Notes: a model not told the origin generated them from the sequence alone. Shown: positions 1 through 9,944, counted from the stretch's first letter. The stretch: DNA of 64,000 bases from Truepera sp. (GCA_965218435.1 CBDCKW010000009.1:160001-224000); one strand, 5' to 3'. Program-made: numbers and translations.

Positions 1-515
1 GCGGCAAGTCGGCCTTCGCCGTCTAAGACAACTGCGCCCACCGTAGCGGAGTTGGAGGGTTCACCTATGTCCCGCTGCCACGCCGTAAAAGCGGCTTTGG
101 TTCGGGGCGTGAGTAGAGAAGCGTTGTCAACCGGCTCTTGGACAAAGGCGTCCGCTCCGGCCCCGACGAGCAAGACATGAGGGGTTTCTTTCCTCACCCG
201 GTCCGCGAGCAAACTGGGATTTTTCGCCCGCGTCACCGCGCCGACGGCTCCGGCCGACCCGTCCCAACCGGACATCACGGCGGCGTCACACTCGACCACG
301 CCTTCGCTGTTGGGTGAGCCGCCCGTTCCGGCGTTAAAGGCTCCCTGGTTGTCTTCCATCAGCGAGACGGCGGCGAGGGCTGCGCTCACCGCGTCGGCCC
401 CTTTTGCAAGCGCCGTAAAGCCTGCGTCTCTCGCCGCGCGGAGGCCCGCTTCGTAGGCTTCTTTGTCGTCCTCTTGAATTGTTCCTGCACCGCCGTGAAT
501 AAGGATGGTTGCCAT
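1..515 (-). CDS. Isoaspartyl peptidase/L-asparaginase family (Ntn hydrolase), runs off the window start
   Basis: Manual translation from ATG at 515: MATILIHGGAGTI...FNAGTGG...ECDAAVM...GAVGAV...KNP...SATVGAVVLDGEGRLAA; has HGGAG and the catalytic TVGAV motif. Confidence 0.9.
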   Translation of the reverse strand, partial: MATILIHGGAGTIQEDDKEAYEAGLRAARDAGFTALAKGADAVSAALAAVSLMEDNQGAFNAGTGGSPNSEGVVECDAAVMSGWDGSAGAVGAVTRAKNPSLLADRVRKETPHVLLVGAGADAFVQEPVDNASLLTPRTKAAFTAWQRDIGEPSNSATVGAVVLDGEGRLA

Positions 516-652
516 AAACTATCTAACCATGCGCTCGAGCGCACCTAAACGGGGCGTCGTGGGTCTACCCTGGCGGTGTACCCTGTTGCTGTGTCTGGTT
601 TGCTGTTATCCGGGTTGCTGTAGCTGGCCGGTACAGGCGTGAAAGGATAGGG

Positions 653-1759
653 ATGACAAGGCTTAGAATCGGCATTATCGGTTGCGGTGAGGTCGCGCAG
701 ATCAACCATCTGCCCAGCTTGAGTTTTTTGCAAGACCTGTTTGAGGTGACCGCCATTGCCGATGTAAGTGAGGCGGTACTGGGCGGTGTCGGCACTCGGC
801 ACGACATCGAAATTGAAAAACGCTTTCTCGACTACCGCGACCTGGTAAAAGCCGCCGAGGTGGACGCGGTTTTGATCACCACGCCGCACGTCTACCACAC
901 CGAGCAAACGTTGGCAGCCCTAGCTCACGGCAAACATGTCCTGGTTGAAAAACCCATGGCGATGACCCTTACAGACGCCGACCGGATTGTCGCCGCGCAG
1001 AAGCAAACCGGTTTGACGGTGCAAGTCGGTTATATCCGCCGTTACGCTACGGCATTTGAACAAGCGGTGGCCCTAGTAAAGCAAATGGACGGTGTAAGGC
1101 TGGCCCGTGTCCACGACGTCATCGGTCGAAATGCGATGATGATCACGCCGACGTCTCGGGTTATCCGTGGCCGTGACCCCGAGCAGATGACCGCCGAGGG
1201 CCGGCAGTTGACCGGGCAAAAGCTCCGGGAGGCTACCGGAGACGCCTCTTCGGAGGTGAAGGCCGCCTATAACCTCCTGCTAGGGTTGAGCACTCACGAC
1301 GTCTCCGCCATGCGCGAACTTTTAGGGATGCCCAAGGGCGTACTCTACGCCGCGCCGCGTTCGGGCGGCCTGTATTTGACTGCGGCGTTTGATTATGGCG
1401 ACTTCATCTGTCACTTTGAAACGGGTACCGACGACATCGCCCGCTTTGACTGCTACCTCGAGGTCTACAGCAGCGTGCAGACCCTCCGGGTGGACTACCA
1501 CACCCCGTACGTGCGTCACCTCGCTACTAAACTGAGCGTGACTACCGCGACACCTGAGAGCGGTCTCCGTAGCGAGACCTTGCAGCCCGCCTTTGAGGAC
1601 AACTTTACCCGCGAGTGGCGCGCCTTTTACTACAATGTCACGACCGGCAGCACGCCGAAAACCGATCCGGCGGACTATCGGCGTGACCTCGAGCTTTTTA
1701 GGCAAATCATTCAGAAAATCCGGGATCAAGCGGCGGGCAAGTCAGCCACAGCAGATTGA
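653..1759 (+). CDS. Gfo/Idh/MocA family oxidoreductase
   Basis: IGIIGCG Rossmann motif, GKHVLVEKP motif, 368 aa. Confidence 0.9.
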   Translation: MTRLRIGIIGCGEVAQINHLPSLSFLQDLFEVTAIADVSEAVLGGVGTRHDIEIEKRFLDYRDLVKAAEVDAVLITTPHVYHTEQTLAALAHGKHVLVEKPMAMTLTDADRIVAAQKQTGLTVQVGYIRRYATAFEQAVALVKQMDGVRLARVHDVIGRNAMMITPTSRVIRGRDPEQMTAEGRQLTGQKLREATGDASSEVKAAYNLLLGLSTHDVSAMRELLGMPKGVLYAAPRSGGLYLTAAFDYGDFICHFETGTDDIARFDCYLEVYSSVQTLRVDYHTPYVRHLATKLSVTTATPESGLRSETLQPAFEDNFTREWRAFYYNVTTGSTPKTDPADYRRDLELFRQIIQKIRDQAAGKSATAD

Positions 1760-1782
1760 CGGCAGATTGAGGGCAGATTGAG
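1750..1782. repeat. Three tandem 11-bp units (A/G)GCAGATTGA(C/G) spanning the stop codon
   Basis: agcagattgac ggcagattgag ggcagattgag. Confidence 0.8.
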
Positions 1783-1818
1783 GTTGGGCAGGGGCTTAAG
1801 CGGGTAGACTGGGCTGTA

Positions 1819-1887
1819 ATGACTACAGATACGGTTGCGGCGACGCTTACAGAAACTATGACAGTGACTACAGGGACGACACGATGA
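1819..1887 (+). CDS. Putative 22-aa Thr-rich upstream ORF overlapping the minC start
   Basis: MTTDTVAATLTETMTVTTGTTR*; TAGACT -10-like hexamer at 1805-1810; ATGA overlap with minC. Confidence 0.35.
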   Translation: MTTDTVAATLTETMTVTTGTTR

Positions 1888-2435
1888 AAACACGCGGAAC
1901 GCGGAGCGGCATCTTGCTGAGTTTAGACGCGAAAGACACGGCTGAAAGTGTTCGGCACGGCTTGCAAAAAGATCTGCTGTCCGGCAAGGTGTTTGTCGAG
2001 TTGGCCGAGCGTACCCTGTGGGAGACGCTGAAGGCGCTCGAGTCCCTCATTGCTGAAGCGGGTGGGACACTGGCCGAGGTGCGGCCGCCGGGCGCAGTCG
2101 TGCAGGCGCGGGGCGAAACGCAGATCGTCGCCCGGACGGTGCGGAGCGGGGGCCGCGTCGAATCGCGTGGTTCGGCCATCGTCATAGGAGACGTGAACGC
2201 CGGGGCCGAAGTGATTGCTGAAGACGACATCATCGTGCTCGGCACGCTCCGGGGCGTTGCTCACGCGGGCGCAGGCGGCAACGAAAACGCCTTTATCTGG
2301 GCGCAGCAGGTCAAGTCTAAACAGCTCCGCATCGCCGGGGCGTTGGCGCAAGCGGGGGGCGATAGCAAAACCGTCTCGGGGCCGGAGGTCGCGCAGCTGC
2401 ATAATGGGCAGATTATCTTGCGGCCGTGGGATTAG
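1884..2435 (+). CDS. minC: Septum site-determining protein MinC
   Basis: RTVRSG...IGDVNAGAEVIA..DIIVLGTLRGVAHAG...QLRIA...PEVA: MinC C-terminal beta-helix signature. Confidence 0.92.
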   Translation: MKTRGTRSGILLSLDAKDTAESVRHGLQKDLLSGKVFVELAERTLWETLKALESLIAEAGGTLAEVRPPGAVVQARGETQIVARTVRSGGRVESRGSAIVIGDVNAGAEVIAEDDIIVLGTLRGVAHAGAGGNENAFIWAQQVKSKQLRIAGALAQAGGDSKTVSGPEVAQLHNGQIILRPWD

Positions 2436-2459
2436 GTCGCTACCGCAAGGCCGTGCCGG

Positions 2460-2644
2460 TTACGGTTTAGGATGCAGGACGATCTTGCCGGTGACGTTCG
2501 CGTTTTGGAGTAATTCATGTGCCTTCTTGACCTCGCTCAGCAACAGCACCTGCGCGATTTGCGGTTTGATTTTTCCCTCTTTAAGTTAAGTCTAAAAGTG
2601 CTATCACATTCTGGCGAAACCTTTCAGGATGCTTTCTCTTGGCC
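2460..2644 (-). pseudogene. 3' remnant of a medium-chain dehydrogenase/reductase paralog
   Basis: Diverged copy of about 7249-7435 (e.g. cagcaacagcacctgcgcgatttgcggttt is shared); encodes ...KIKPQIAQVLLLSEVKKAHELLQNANVTGKIVLHPKP*. Confidence 0.85.
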
Positions 2645-2740
2645 TGGTATCTCCTAATATGTCTGCTTGATCAGTTAAGTACGGTGAGCTTACCTGCAGC
2701 CCTACAGCAACCGATCAGCCAAGGCGGTACGCTAAAAGCT

Positions 2741-3556
2741 ATGGACGCCCCTTTCTATATTGAACGGCTTTATGTGCCTGCGGGTGAGGGTCATGGCACG
2801 GTCGGAGATGACACCTACTTTTTCTCGATGTCTGAGGGTCCAGCGACGTTTATCGAGTGGAGTGCGGGTGGAGGCTACAAGCGCCGACGGAAACGCGTTT
2901 TTGCCGGGGACCTCTGGGTCTGGCCGGCAGGACAAACATGGTGGACACGTACCGAAGCTGCGAAGACCTGTATATCTTTATTCCTGTCCTCGAGGTGGCT
3001 TCAGGGGGTAACCCACACAGCTTTTAAGTTGGTTCCGCAGGTACAACTGCAAGACGAATTGCTGACGCAGACGCTTAGAGCACTCGCCCAAGCCCTTGAC
3101 CTGTCGCAAAATCCTACGACGAAGCTCTATCAAGAAAGCCTAGTGACCACCTTGGCACTTCACCTTGAAGCTCACTACGCCCGGGAACGTCAAAAAACTC
3201 AGGAAGGTAGACCCTTCTCTTCGGTTCAGCTGCAGAGAGTCTCGAGCTACATCGCTGAGCACCTCTCTGAAACGCTTTCCCTTAGCGACTTGGCGCAGCT
3301 TACCGGGCTCAGCATATCCCAGTTTTCGCTGCGCTTCCGCAACACTACCGGGCAAACACCGCATCGGTTCGTCACAGCCATGCGCGTCGAGCGGGCTCGA
3401 GACCTCCTCGTGACCGGTCGGTATCCTATCGCCGAGATCGCCGTACGAACGGGTTTCGCCGACCAATCCCACTTGACGCGCCATGTTCGCCGCGCCTTAG
3501 GCGTCACACCCAGTGTGCTCAAAAAGCAAACGGGCGGCGTTTCACTGGCATCATAA
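2741..3556 (+). CDS. AraC family transcriptional regulator
   Basis: C-terminal LSLSDLAQ...F...TG.TPH.F...RVERAR.LL...IAEIA...GFADQSHLTR; start set at ATG 2741, 7 nt after TACGCT. Confidence 0.9.
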   Translation: MDAPFYIERLYVPAGEGHGTVGDDTYFFSMSEGPATFIEWSAGGGYKRRRKRVFAGDLWVWPAGQTWWTRTEAAKTCISLFLSSRWLQGVTHTAFKLVPQVQLQDELLTQTLRALAQALDLSQNPTTKLYQESLVTTLALHLEAHYARERQKTQEGRPFSSVQLQRVSSYIAEHLSETLSLSDLAQLTGLSISQFSLRFRNTTGQTPHRFVTAMRVERARDLLVTGRYPIAEIAVRTGFADQSHLTRHVRRALGVTPSVLKKQTGGVSLAS

Positions 3557-3641
3557 GATCGTTATAAAACCGGCAAATCGTTCAAGATTCTCCCACCTGT
3601 GCAGTGCTACTTTGGCAACAGTGACAAGATGAGGAGAGCAA

Positions 3642-4412
3642 ATGGTTGATTTTGACGGCAAAGTTGTTTTAGTTACCGGAGCAACGTCCGGCATAGGACG
3701 CAGCACCGCGCTTGCGTTTGCAGCGGCGGGGGCTTCCGTCGCGCTCGTCGGCAGGCGAGAAGCCGAAGGTACCGCTGCGGTCGAAGCTATCGAGACTTCA
3801 GGCGGTAAAGCTGTCTTTTTGCAAGCTGACTTGGCGGGGGGTGAAGCGGTTATAGCTGACGTCATCGCCCGCACGGTGGACGCTTATGGGCGTCTAGACG
3901 TAGCCTTTAATAACGCGGGGATGCAGCACCAGGGGCCGATTACAGAGGCGACCGAAAACGACTGGGACGAGGTGATGGACCTCAATCTGAAGAGCGTCTG
4001 GCTTGCGTGCAAGTACGAGTTTTTGCAGTTTCAAAAGCAAGGTGGTGGCGGTGTTATCGTCAATACGTCGTCGTTTTTAGCCCATAGTCCGGTGGCTGGC
4101 TCGAGCATCTACTCGGCTAGTAAAGCCGGTTTAGACGCCCTGACCCGCGCTTTGGCACTCGAGGGTGGACCAGCAGGCATCCGCATCAACAACGTTAATC
4201 CCGGTGTTGTTGTGACTGAAATGTTTCGCCGCTCGACCGAACCAGATTCAGACACCGAAACGTTTATCAAAAACGCCGTACCGCTGCGTCACCGTTTAGG
4301 AACCGGGGACGATATTGCCGGGGCAGTCTTGTGGCTCTGCTCAGACGCGGCCGCTTATATGACCGGGCAAACGATCACCGTTGATGGCGGCATGACGGTC
4401 TCCGCGTTCTAA
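3642..4412 (+). CDS. SDR family oxidoreductase
   Basis: TGATSGIG, NNAG, YSASK motifs; GGAGAG RBS. Confidence 0.93.
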   Translation: MVDFDGKVVLVTGATSGIGRSTALAFAAAGASVALVGRREAEGTAAVEAIETSGGKAVFLQADLAGGEAVIADVIARTVDAYGRLDVAFNNAGMQHQGPITEATENDWDEVMDLNLKSVWLACKYEFLQFQKQGGGGVIVNTSSFLAHSPVAGSSIYSASKAGLDALTRALALEGGPAGIRINNVNPGVVVTEMFRRSTEPDSDTETFIKNAVPLRHRLGTGDDIAGAVLWLCSDAAAYMTGQTITVDGGMTVSAF

Positions 4413-4600
4413 GTGCTCACGACTCCCTAAAGGAGACCCTAATGACCCTTACCGATTTTCGCACCCTTGGACGCTCCGGTCTTATCGTCAGCCCGCTTGC
4501 TCTAGGCACGATGACCTTTGGGACGCAGCGCTGGGGTTCGTCCGACGAAACCTCGGCGGCCATCTTTAACACCTATGTCGAGGCGGGCGGCAATTTCATT

Positions 4601-5523
4601 AGACCTCCGGCGAAAGTAGCTCGAAGATGACAACATGTAAAGATGCGCGAACAAACAGCACGGAGTCTAAAGTTGTCACCTGAGAAGTTCAAACGCAAAC
4701 TTGGGGTCAAGCCCACCACTTTCAGAACGATGCTGGAGTTACTTAAAGCGAGAGAGGGGCGGAAGAAGAAACGCGGACGAACTCCCGCGCTGTGTCTTGA
4801 AGACCAACTTGTACTGACCCTATCGTTTTTACGAGAATACCGAACCCACTTTCACTTGTCAGAAGATTGGGGCGTAGACGAGAGCACCGTGCGGCGCACC
4901 ATAGAACGCGTCGAAGACGCCCTCATCAGCTCGGGTAAGTTCACACTGCCGGGACGCAAAGCGTTGCGTGACGACCAGACGCTAGAAGTTGTGGTAGTGG
5001 ATATTGCCGAGTCGCCGGTTGAACGTCCCAAAAAAACAAAGTGCCCCAAGCGCAGCGGCAGGGTAGCGGCGTTACTACTCGGGTAAGAAGAAACGACACA
5101 CGCAAAAGAGCCAAGTATTTGTTGCACAAAACAGTCAGCGCATCCTATGTACGGCTTATGGCAAAGGCCGAGCACACGACTTCAAGTTATTGACACAAAG
5201 CCGCTGCGCTACGGTGCTCGCGCCAAACACCGAACTTCTTTCTGATAGCGGCTTTCAGGGCGTGGCTAAGCTTCATCCCAAAAGCCGTACCCCGCATAAA
5301 CGTTGGAAGGGTAACGTACTTACCCCAGAGCAACAGCTACATAACCGCATCCTAGCTAAAGAACGCATCCTCGCTGAACACGTCATTCGTAAGCTTAAGG
5401 TCTGGCGTATCCTCAAAGAAACCTATCGTCATCGGCGCAGGCGCTTTGGACTTCGGCTTAATCTCATTGCTGCTCTCTACAACCATGATCTACAAGCCAT
5501 TGTGTGACTTTCGCCGGAGGTCT
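4601..5523 (+). mobile_element. IS5 family (ISL2-like group) insertion sequence, probably degenerate
   Basis: Perfect 17-bp TIRs AGACCTCCGGCGAAAGT / ACTTTCGCCGGAGGTCT; 3-bp TSD ATT (4598-4600, 5524-5526); two-part transposase. Confidence 0.93.
4643..5507 (+). pseudogene. IS5-family transposase (HTH OrfA 4643-5086 plus DDE OrfB), disrupted
   Basis: LEDQLVLTL..LREYRT.FHL; ERPKK at an A7 run (5030-5036); OrfB frame RYYSGKKKRHT...HDFKL...DSGFQG...RI..EHVIRKLK is preceded by an in-frame TAG at 5064-5066. Confidence 0.85.
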
Positions 5524-6601
5524 ATTGATACTGCCGACACCTACGCCAAAGGTCGGAGTGAGGAACTGGTAGGTAGGCTTACTGCTGAACGAGGCCTGCG
5601 TGACCAGATGGTGCTGGCAACCAAGTTTACCTGGAACGCCGTACCGGGCGTCCCGGTGACTAGCGGTAACGGCCGTAAGAACATCTACCGGGCGCTTTAC
5701 GGCTCGCTCGCGCGGCTTCAGACCGACTACCTCGACCTCTACTGGCTCCACCATTGGGATTTAGTGACGCCGGTAGAGGAGGTGTTACAAACGCTCGGCG
5801 ACCTGGTGCGTGCAGGCCACATTCGCTACTTCGGCTTTTCAAACGTCCCTGCTTGGTACGTGGCTGAGGCGGCGACGCTGGCTCGTGTTCATGGTGTTCC
5901 CGGCCCGGTTGCACTGCAACTCGAGTACTCCCTGGTCGAGCGCGGCATCGAGCGCGAACACATAGGTGCCGCTCGTCAGTTTGGGCTGGGTATCACACCG
6001 TGGAGTCCTCTAGCGGCCGGGTTTCTAGCAGGGAAGTATCAGCGCCAAGCGCACGGCGTCGGCGGCGAGGGGCGGCTGAGCGGCGCAAATCCGTTTGGTG
6101 ATACGAAATTTACGGATCACAATTGGAAGGTGCTCGACGTGCTCAGGGCGGTCGCTGCCCAGCTCGAGCGTCCGGTAGCGCAGGTCGCGCTCGCTTGGAT
6201 CTCAGCGCAAGCTGGCGTCACCGCACCTATTCTAGGAGCCAGCAAGCTGGCACAACTGCAAGACAATTTAGACTCGCTCGAGATCAAGTTTACCGCTGAG
6301 CAGCTGCAGATACTGGCTGAGGCCAGTGCCCTAAGTCCCTCTACACCCTCAGCTATTCTTGCACCCGGCGTTAAGCGGATGATTTTTGGCGGTGTGAACG
6401 TCCAAGGTTGGGACGAGCTGCCTACCTCAGAAGCTTGAAACTCGCCTTGATCAGTTGTGTCGCGGCAAGTGCGGCAACGCCGACAAAGTCTTCGGCCAGC
6501 TCAGCGGCGCTAAAGACTAACTGAGCGCCGTTTGCGTAACCCGCAGCAAACATCCCTGGGTGTCAATCCCCTAAGCGTCGCGAGAGTGGGCAATTAGGCT
6601 C

Positions 6602-7192
6602 TGTCTCTTTCTCGTTAAGTTCTCAGCAGGTGGAGCGGGGCAAGCAGTCCGCTTTACCGACCGCAACGTGTCACAAAACTTCGTCAACAGCGTCGTTAAG
6701 TTTTACAACGAATGGGGCGGCTTTGACGGCCTGGATTTTAACACCTTCGAGGCCGACGCCGACCCCAACACGCCTGAAATGATCTGGGTAGCCAGAGAAC
6801 TCAAGCGCCGTTATCCCGGCTTTATAATCACCGCGCCGCCCGCACCGTGGAACGGGCGCGACCAAACGTTTTGTCAAGCTATGCTGGACGCCGGTGCGCT
6901 CGACTACTGCGCGCCGCAGTATTACGACGGCCCCGACTTGAGCGACCCCGCCTACCTTTTAGAAAATATCAAGCTCTGGATGGACCTACTGGGGCCGGAA
7001 AACGTGGTGGTCGGTTTTGGGGTCAATAGCGAGCTGAATAACTACTGGAAGCTTGACGCGGTGGTTAGCACCTTTCAGCAGCTCGAGGCTCGCTACCCGC
7101 AGGTCAAAGGGGTGTTCGACTGGCGGCTCGACTGGGACGCCCAAGGCGGCTATCCGTTTGCTAAACAGCTCGGCCCGCTGGTGACGGACTAG
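6602..7192 (+). pseudogene. N-terminally truncated GH18 (chitinase-like) domain
   Basis: Frame reads FSAGGAG...GFDGLDFNTFE...ITAPPAP...PQYYDGP...VKGVFDW; has SxGG and DxxDxxxE-like motifs, N-terminal barrel strands missing. Confidence 0.7.
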
Positions 7193-7255
7193 TGCTGTTA
7201 GGACGCAGTTCAAATTACGGGGACCAGTTCTCGTCTCGGCAACCGCTTTTACGGC

Positions 7256-8260
7256 TTAGGGATGCAAGACGATCTTACCGGTGACTTTCGCGTCTTGGAG
7301 CAACTCATGGGCCTTTTTGACTTCGTTCAGCAACAGCACCTGCGCGATTTGCGGTTTAATTTTTCCCTCCTCGAGTAATGCTAAAAGTGCTGTCACATCC
7401 TGGCGAAATCTTTCAGGATGTTTCTTCTTAGCCGCTTCTATCAGGTAGGTCTCGGCGTGTCGGGTATCAGGTCGAAGCTTGAGCCAGAACAACCGAGCAA
7501 CCGACGCTACCAGCGCCAGGGTCGGATTCCTTCCCTGGGACGCTGCGGCCACGTTAAACATCACCAGCGTTCCCTTTTTGGCCAGCACCTTGTACGACCG
7601 TGACAGCTGCGCGCCGCCGATAGGGTCAAAAACTGCTTGTACTCCGTCTGGCTCTAACGCTAGGAGTTCCTTAACGAAGTCTGTACGCTGGTAGTCAAGA
7701 GGCACACCGCCTAACTGCTCGACCAGTTCCAGTTTGCCGGTGCTCGCTGTGCCGTACATGTTGATGCCCATAAGCTGGGCGAGTTGCAGCATTGCCGTCC
7801 CGACGCCACCAGCCGCGCCGTGAATCAGCGCCTTGTCGCCTGCTTTTAGGTGGGCCACCCTTGTCAAGAGTTGGTACGCCGTTGTGTAGTTGAGGATGAC
7901 GCTGACCACTTCGTCCGGCTCGAGGCCCTGCGGAACCGGTATCAGCTCGTGCTCGGGCAGACAGATAAACTGTTGGTAGCCGTCTTTGCCGGGGAGACCG
8001 GCAACTCGGTCGCCGACGTTGTACTTTGTGGCACCCGGCCCTACGGCTTCGACCACGCCGACCACATCGTAGCCCGGTGTCAGCGGATAAGCCGAGGCAG
8101 GGGTACCGATACCCAGACGCAGCATAATGTCGCCGAAGGCGACGCCGCTGGCGAGAATCCGCACTTTGACCTCACCCTGGTTAGGGATAGGTTCTTCCTC
8201 TTGAATGAGCTGAAGGACAGCTACACCACCTGGTTTATTAACAACAACCTTTTTGTTTAT
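7256..8260 (-). CDS. Medium-chain dehydrogenase/reductase (quinone oxidoreductase-like); apparent ATA start codon
   Basis: TPGYDVVG, HGAAGGVG, GKIVL; frame extends upstream of GTG 8164 as (ATA)NKKVVVNKPGGVAVLQLIQEEEPIPNQGEVKV with GGAG just upstream. Confidence 0.85.
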   Translation of the reverse strand: MNKKVVVNKPGGVAVLQLIQEEEPIPNQGEVKVRILASGVAFGDIMLRLGIGTPASAYPLTPGYDVVGVVEAVGPGATKYNVGDRVAGLPGKDGYQQFICLPEHELIPVPQGLEPDEVVSVILNYTTAYQLLTRVAHLKAGDKALIHGAAGGVGTAMLQLAQLMGINMYGTASTGKLELVEQLGGVPLDYQRTDFVKELLALEPDGVQAVFDPIGGAQLSRSYKVLAKKGTLVMFNVAAASQGRNPTLALVASVARLFWLKLRPDTRHAETYLIEAAKKKHPERFRQDVTALLALLEEGKIKPQIAQVLLLNEVKKAHELLQDAKVTGKIVLHP

Positions 8261-8326
8261 GCTCGGTTCTCCAGTTTGCGCAAGCGGTGAGAAAAACTGA
8301 GCTGGGTAACGCTCAGGTGGAAGGCT

Positions 8327-9235
8327 TTACGCGGCGTAAGCACTGCTTAGAGCCGCCTCGTCCGCAGGTAGACCAAGCTGCTGTAAGCTGACCTGCCAGA
8401 GCCGTTCTTGCAGCGCCTCATCGTGAGTCACGGGTTTGGTCGTAACGAATTTGTTTTTGTCAAAGAACTTTCCGCTTATCCCCTTGACTTCGGGCGAGGT
8501 CGCCATGTAAACGGACGGAAACGACCCCTGTTCGGGAGTTTTTTGGAGCGGGGTGATCAGCAGGTTGACGAGTTTCTCGACGCCTCTAGTTTCGCGCGCC
8601 AAACCCGTCTTGATTACTCCCGGATTAACGGCGTTGACCGTGACGCCGGTACCGACCAGCCGACGAGCGAGTGCGTAGGTAAAAAGGTGGTTGGCCAGCT
8701 TGGAACGCAGGTAAGCGCCGCCCATGTTGTAGCGCCGCTCGCCCTGCAAGTTAGCGAACTCGAGCGTGCGGGCGTACAGCCCCGAGGCGACGTTGACAAT
8801 GCGGGCCGGTGCGCTCGCTTTGAGTAGGGGTAGTAAAGCTAGAGTCAATCCCATATAAGCCAAGTGGTTCAGCGCCCAGGTGCGTTCAAAGCCGTCTGCG
8901 GTGAGCTTGTGCTCGGAGAAGGTGCCGCCCGCGTTGTTGACGAGAACGTCTAGGCCTTCATGCTGTGCTAAAAACGCTTGGGCTAATGCCCGCACTTCAG
9001 TGGGTCGAAAGAAGTCGGCTAGAAGGTAAGAGACGCTATGGTTGCTGCTCTCTTGCTGCACAAATGAAACTGCCGCCTGAGCCCGCGCCTCGTCGCGCCC
9101 GGTGAGGATCACAGTGAGACCTTGGCGAGCGAGTTCCAAGGCAGTAGCGCGGCCGATACCAAAGGTTCCGCCCGTAACGAGAGCAGTGCGGCTGGGGGCG
9201 TGAGGTAAAGGTGTACTGCGACTAAAGTCTTCCAT
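8327..9235 (-). CDS. SDR family oxidoreductase (retinol-dehydrogenase-like)
   Basis: TGGTFGIG, NNAG, NHLAY, YLRSKLAN, LW..S motifs. Confidence 0.92.
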   Translation of the reverse strand: MEDFSRSTPLPHAPSRTALVTGGTFGIGRATALELARQGLTVILTGRDEARAQAAVSFVQQESSNHSVSYLLADFFRPTEVRALAQAFLAQHEGLDVLVNNAGGTFSEHKLTADGFERTWALNHLAYMGLTLALLPLLKASAPARIVNVASGLYARTLEFANLQGERRYNMGGAYLRSKLANHLFTYALARRLVGTGVTVNAVNPGVIKTGLARETRGVEKLVNLLITPLQKTPEQGSFPSVYMATSPEVKGISGKFFDKNKFVTTKPVTHDEALQERLWQVSLQQLGLPADEAALSSAYAA

Positions 9236-9265
9236 TTGTTACTCCTTGGTCTTCTCTTTAGAAGT

Positions 9266-9353
9266 AAACGGATGTTTTATCCGCTGGGAAAGCTTAACAC
9301 CAAACGGATACTAAATCCGGTTTTATAGAAGACAAACGGATTAGGTGTCCGCT
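9266..9353. promoter_or_regulatory. Three palindromic operator-like sites AAACGGA-N7-TCCG in the divergent SDR/TetR promoter
   Basis: aaacggatgttttatccgct (9266), aaacggatactaaatccggt (9302), aaacggattaggtgtccgct (9334). Confidence 0.8.
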
Positions 9354-9368
9354 TGATAAGCTGGACAG

Positions 9369-9944
9369 GTGGAGCAGCAAGCCCTTCCTTCCGATGATCT
9401 GCGTGTAGACGCGGCTCGCAACCGCGCCCGAGTCCTCGAGGTGGCCCGTGAGCTACTCGAGACCGGGGATGACACCCTGCCGATGAACACCATCGCCAAG
9501 CGTGCAGGCGTTGGCGTCGGGACGGTTTATCGGCACTTCCCTAATCGGCAGGTGCTGCTCGAATCGTTGGCACTGGAAAGTTTTGAAAAGCTCCTCGCCG
9601 AGGCGCAAGCCGCGGCGGACGAAGATTCCGCTATAGGCTTGAAGCGTCTTCTTCACGCTGCGCTGACCTATCAGCTCGAGGACGCTGGCCTTGCCGCTGT
9701 GCTGCGCTCGCCTAAAAACGCCTGCGTCGAGACTTTAGAGCTAAAAAAGGCGACCCTCGTGGCTCTAAACCGGTTGCTCGAGAATGCCCGTCAAGCTGGA
9801 GTTATCCGACCCGACATTGACGCCGACGATTTGCGGCGACTCCTCTGCGGCTTTGAAGTCGCCGTCCGTTTAGGTGAGGCTGACCCTGCTGAAGTTGAGC
9901 GTTACGTCGGTATTTTGCTGGGTGGGTTGCAGCCTCCTCCTTAA
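9369..9944 (+). CDS. TetR/AcrR family regulator
   Basis: RVDAARNR...IAKRAGVGVGTVYRHFP helix-turn-helix. Confidence 0.93.
   Translation: MEQQALPSDDLRVDAARNRARVLEVARELLETGDDTLPMNTIAKRAGVGVGTVYRHFPNRQVLLESLALESFEKLLAEAQAAADEDSAIGLKRLLHAALTYQLEDAGLAAVLRSPKNACVETLELKKATLVALNRLLENARQAGVIRPDIDADDLRRLLCGFEVAVRLGEADPAEVERYVGILLGGLQPPP

Larger units (their letters stand above)
4442..6438 (+). pseudogene. Aldo/keto reductase interrupted by an IS5-family element
   Basis: N-part ends ...AGGNFI (4600) and C-part resumes DTADTY... (5527); removing the IS and one ATT restores GNFIDTAD. Confidence 0.92.

Noticed and set aside
1750..1782. Short repeats here and at 9266-9353 as a CRISPR array
   Set aside because: Units are too short, lack spacer structure, and there are no cas genes.
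2639..2740. Extended N-termini in the ORF track (AraC 2639, AKR 11160 and 15570, DUF993 29609, Gfo 32920, sulfatase 42244)
   Set aside because: Downstream starts fit SD or -10 signals and family N-termini better.
5446..6438. Standalone 330-aa AKR
   Set aside because: Its first 26 or so codons come from the IS5 end; it is the 3' part of an interrupted gene.
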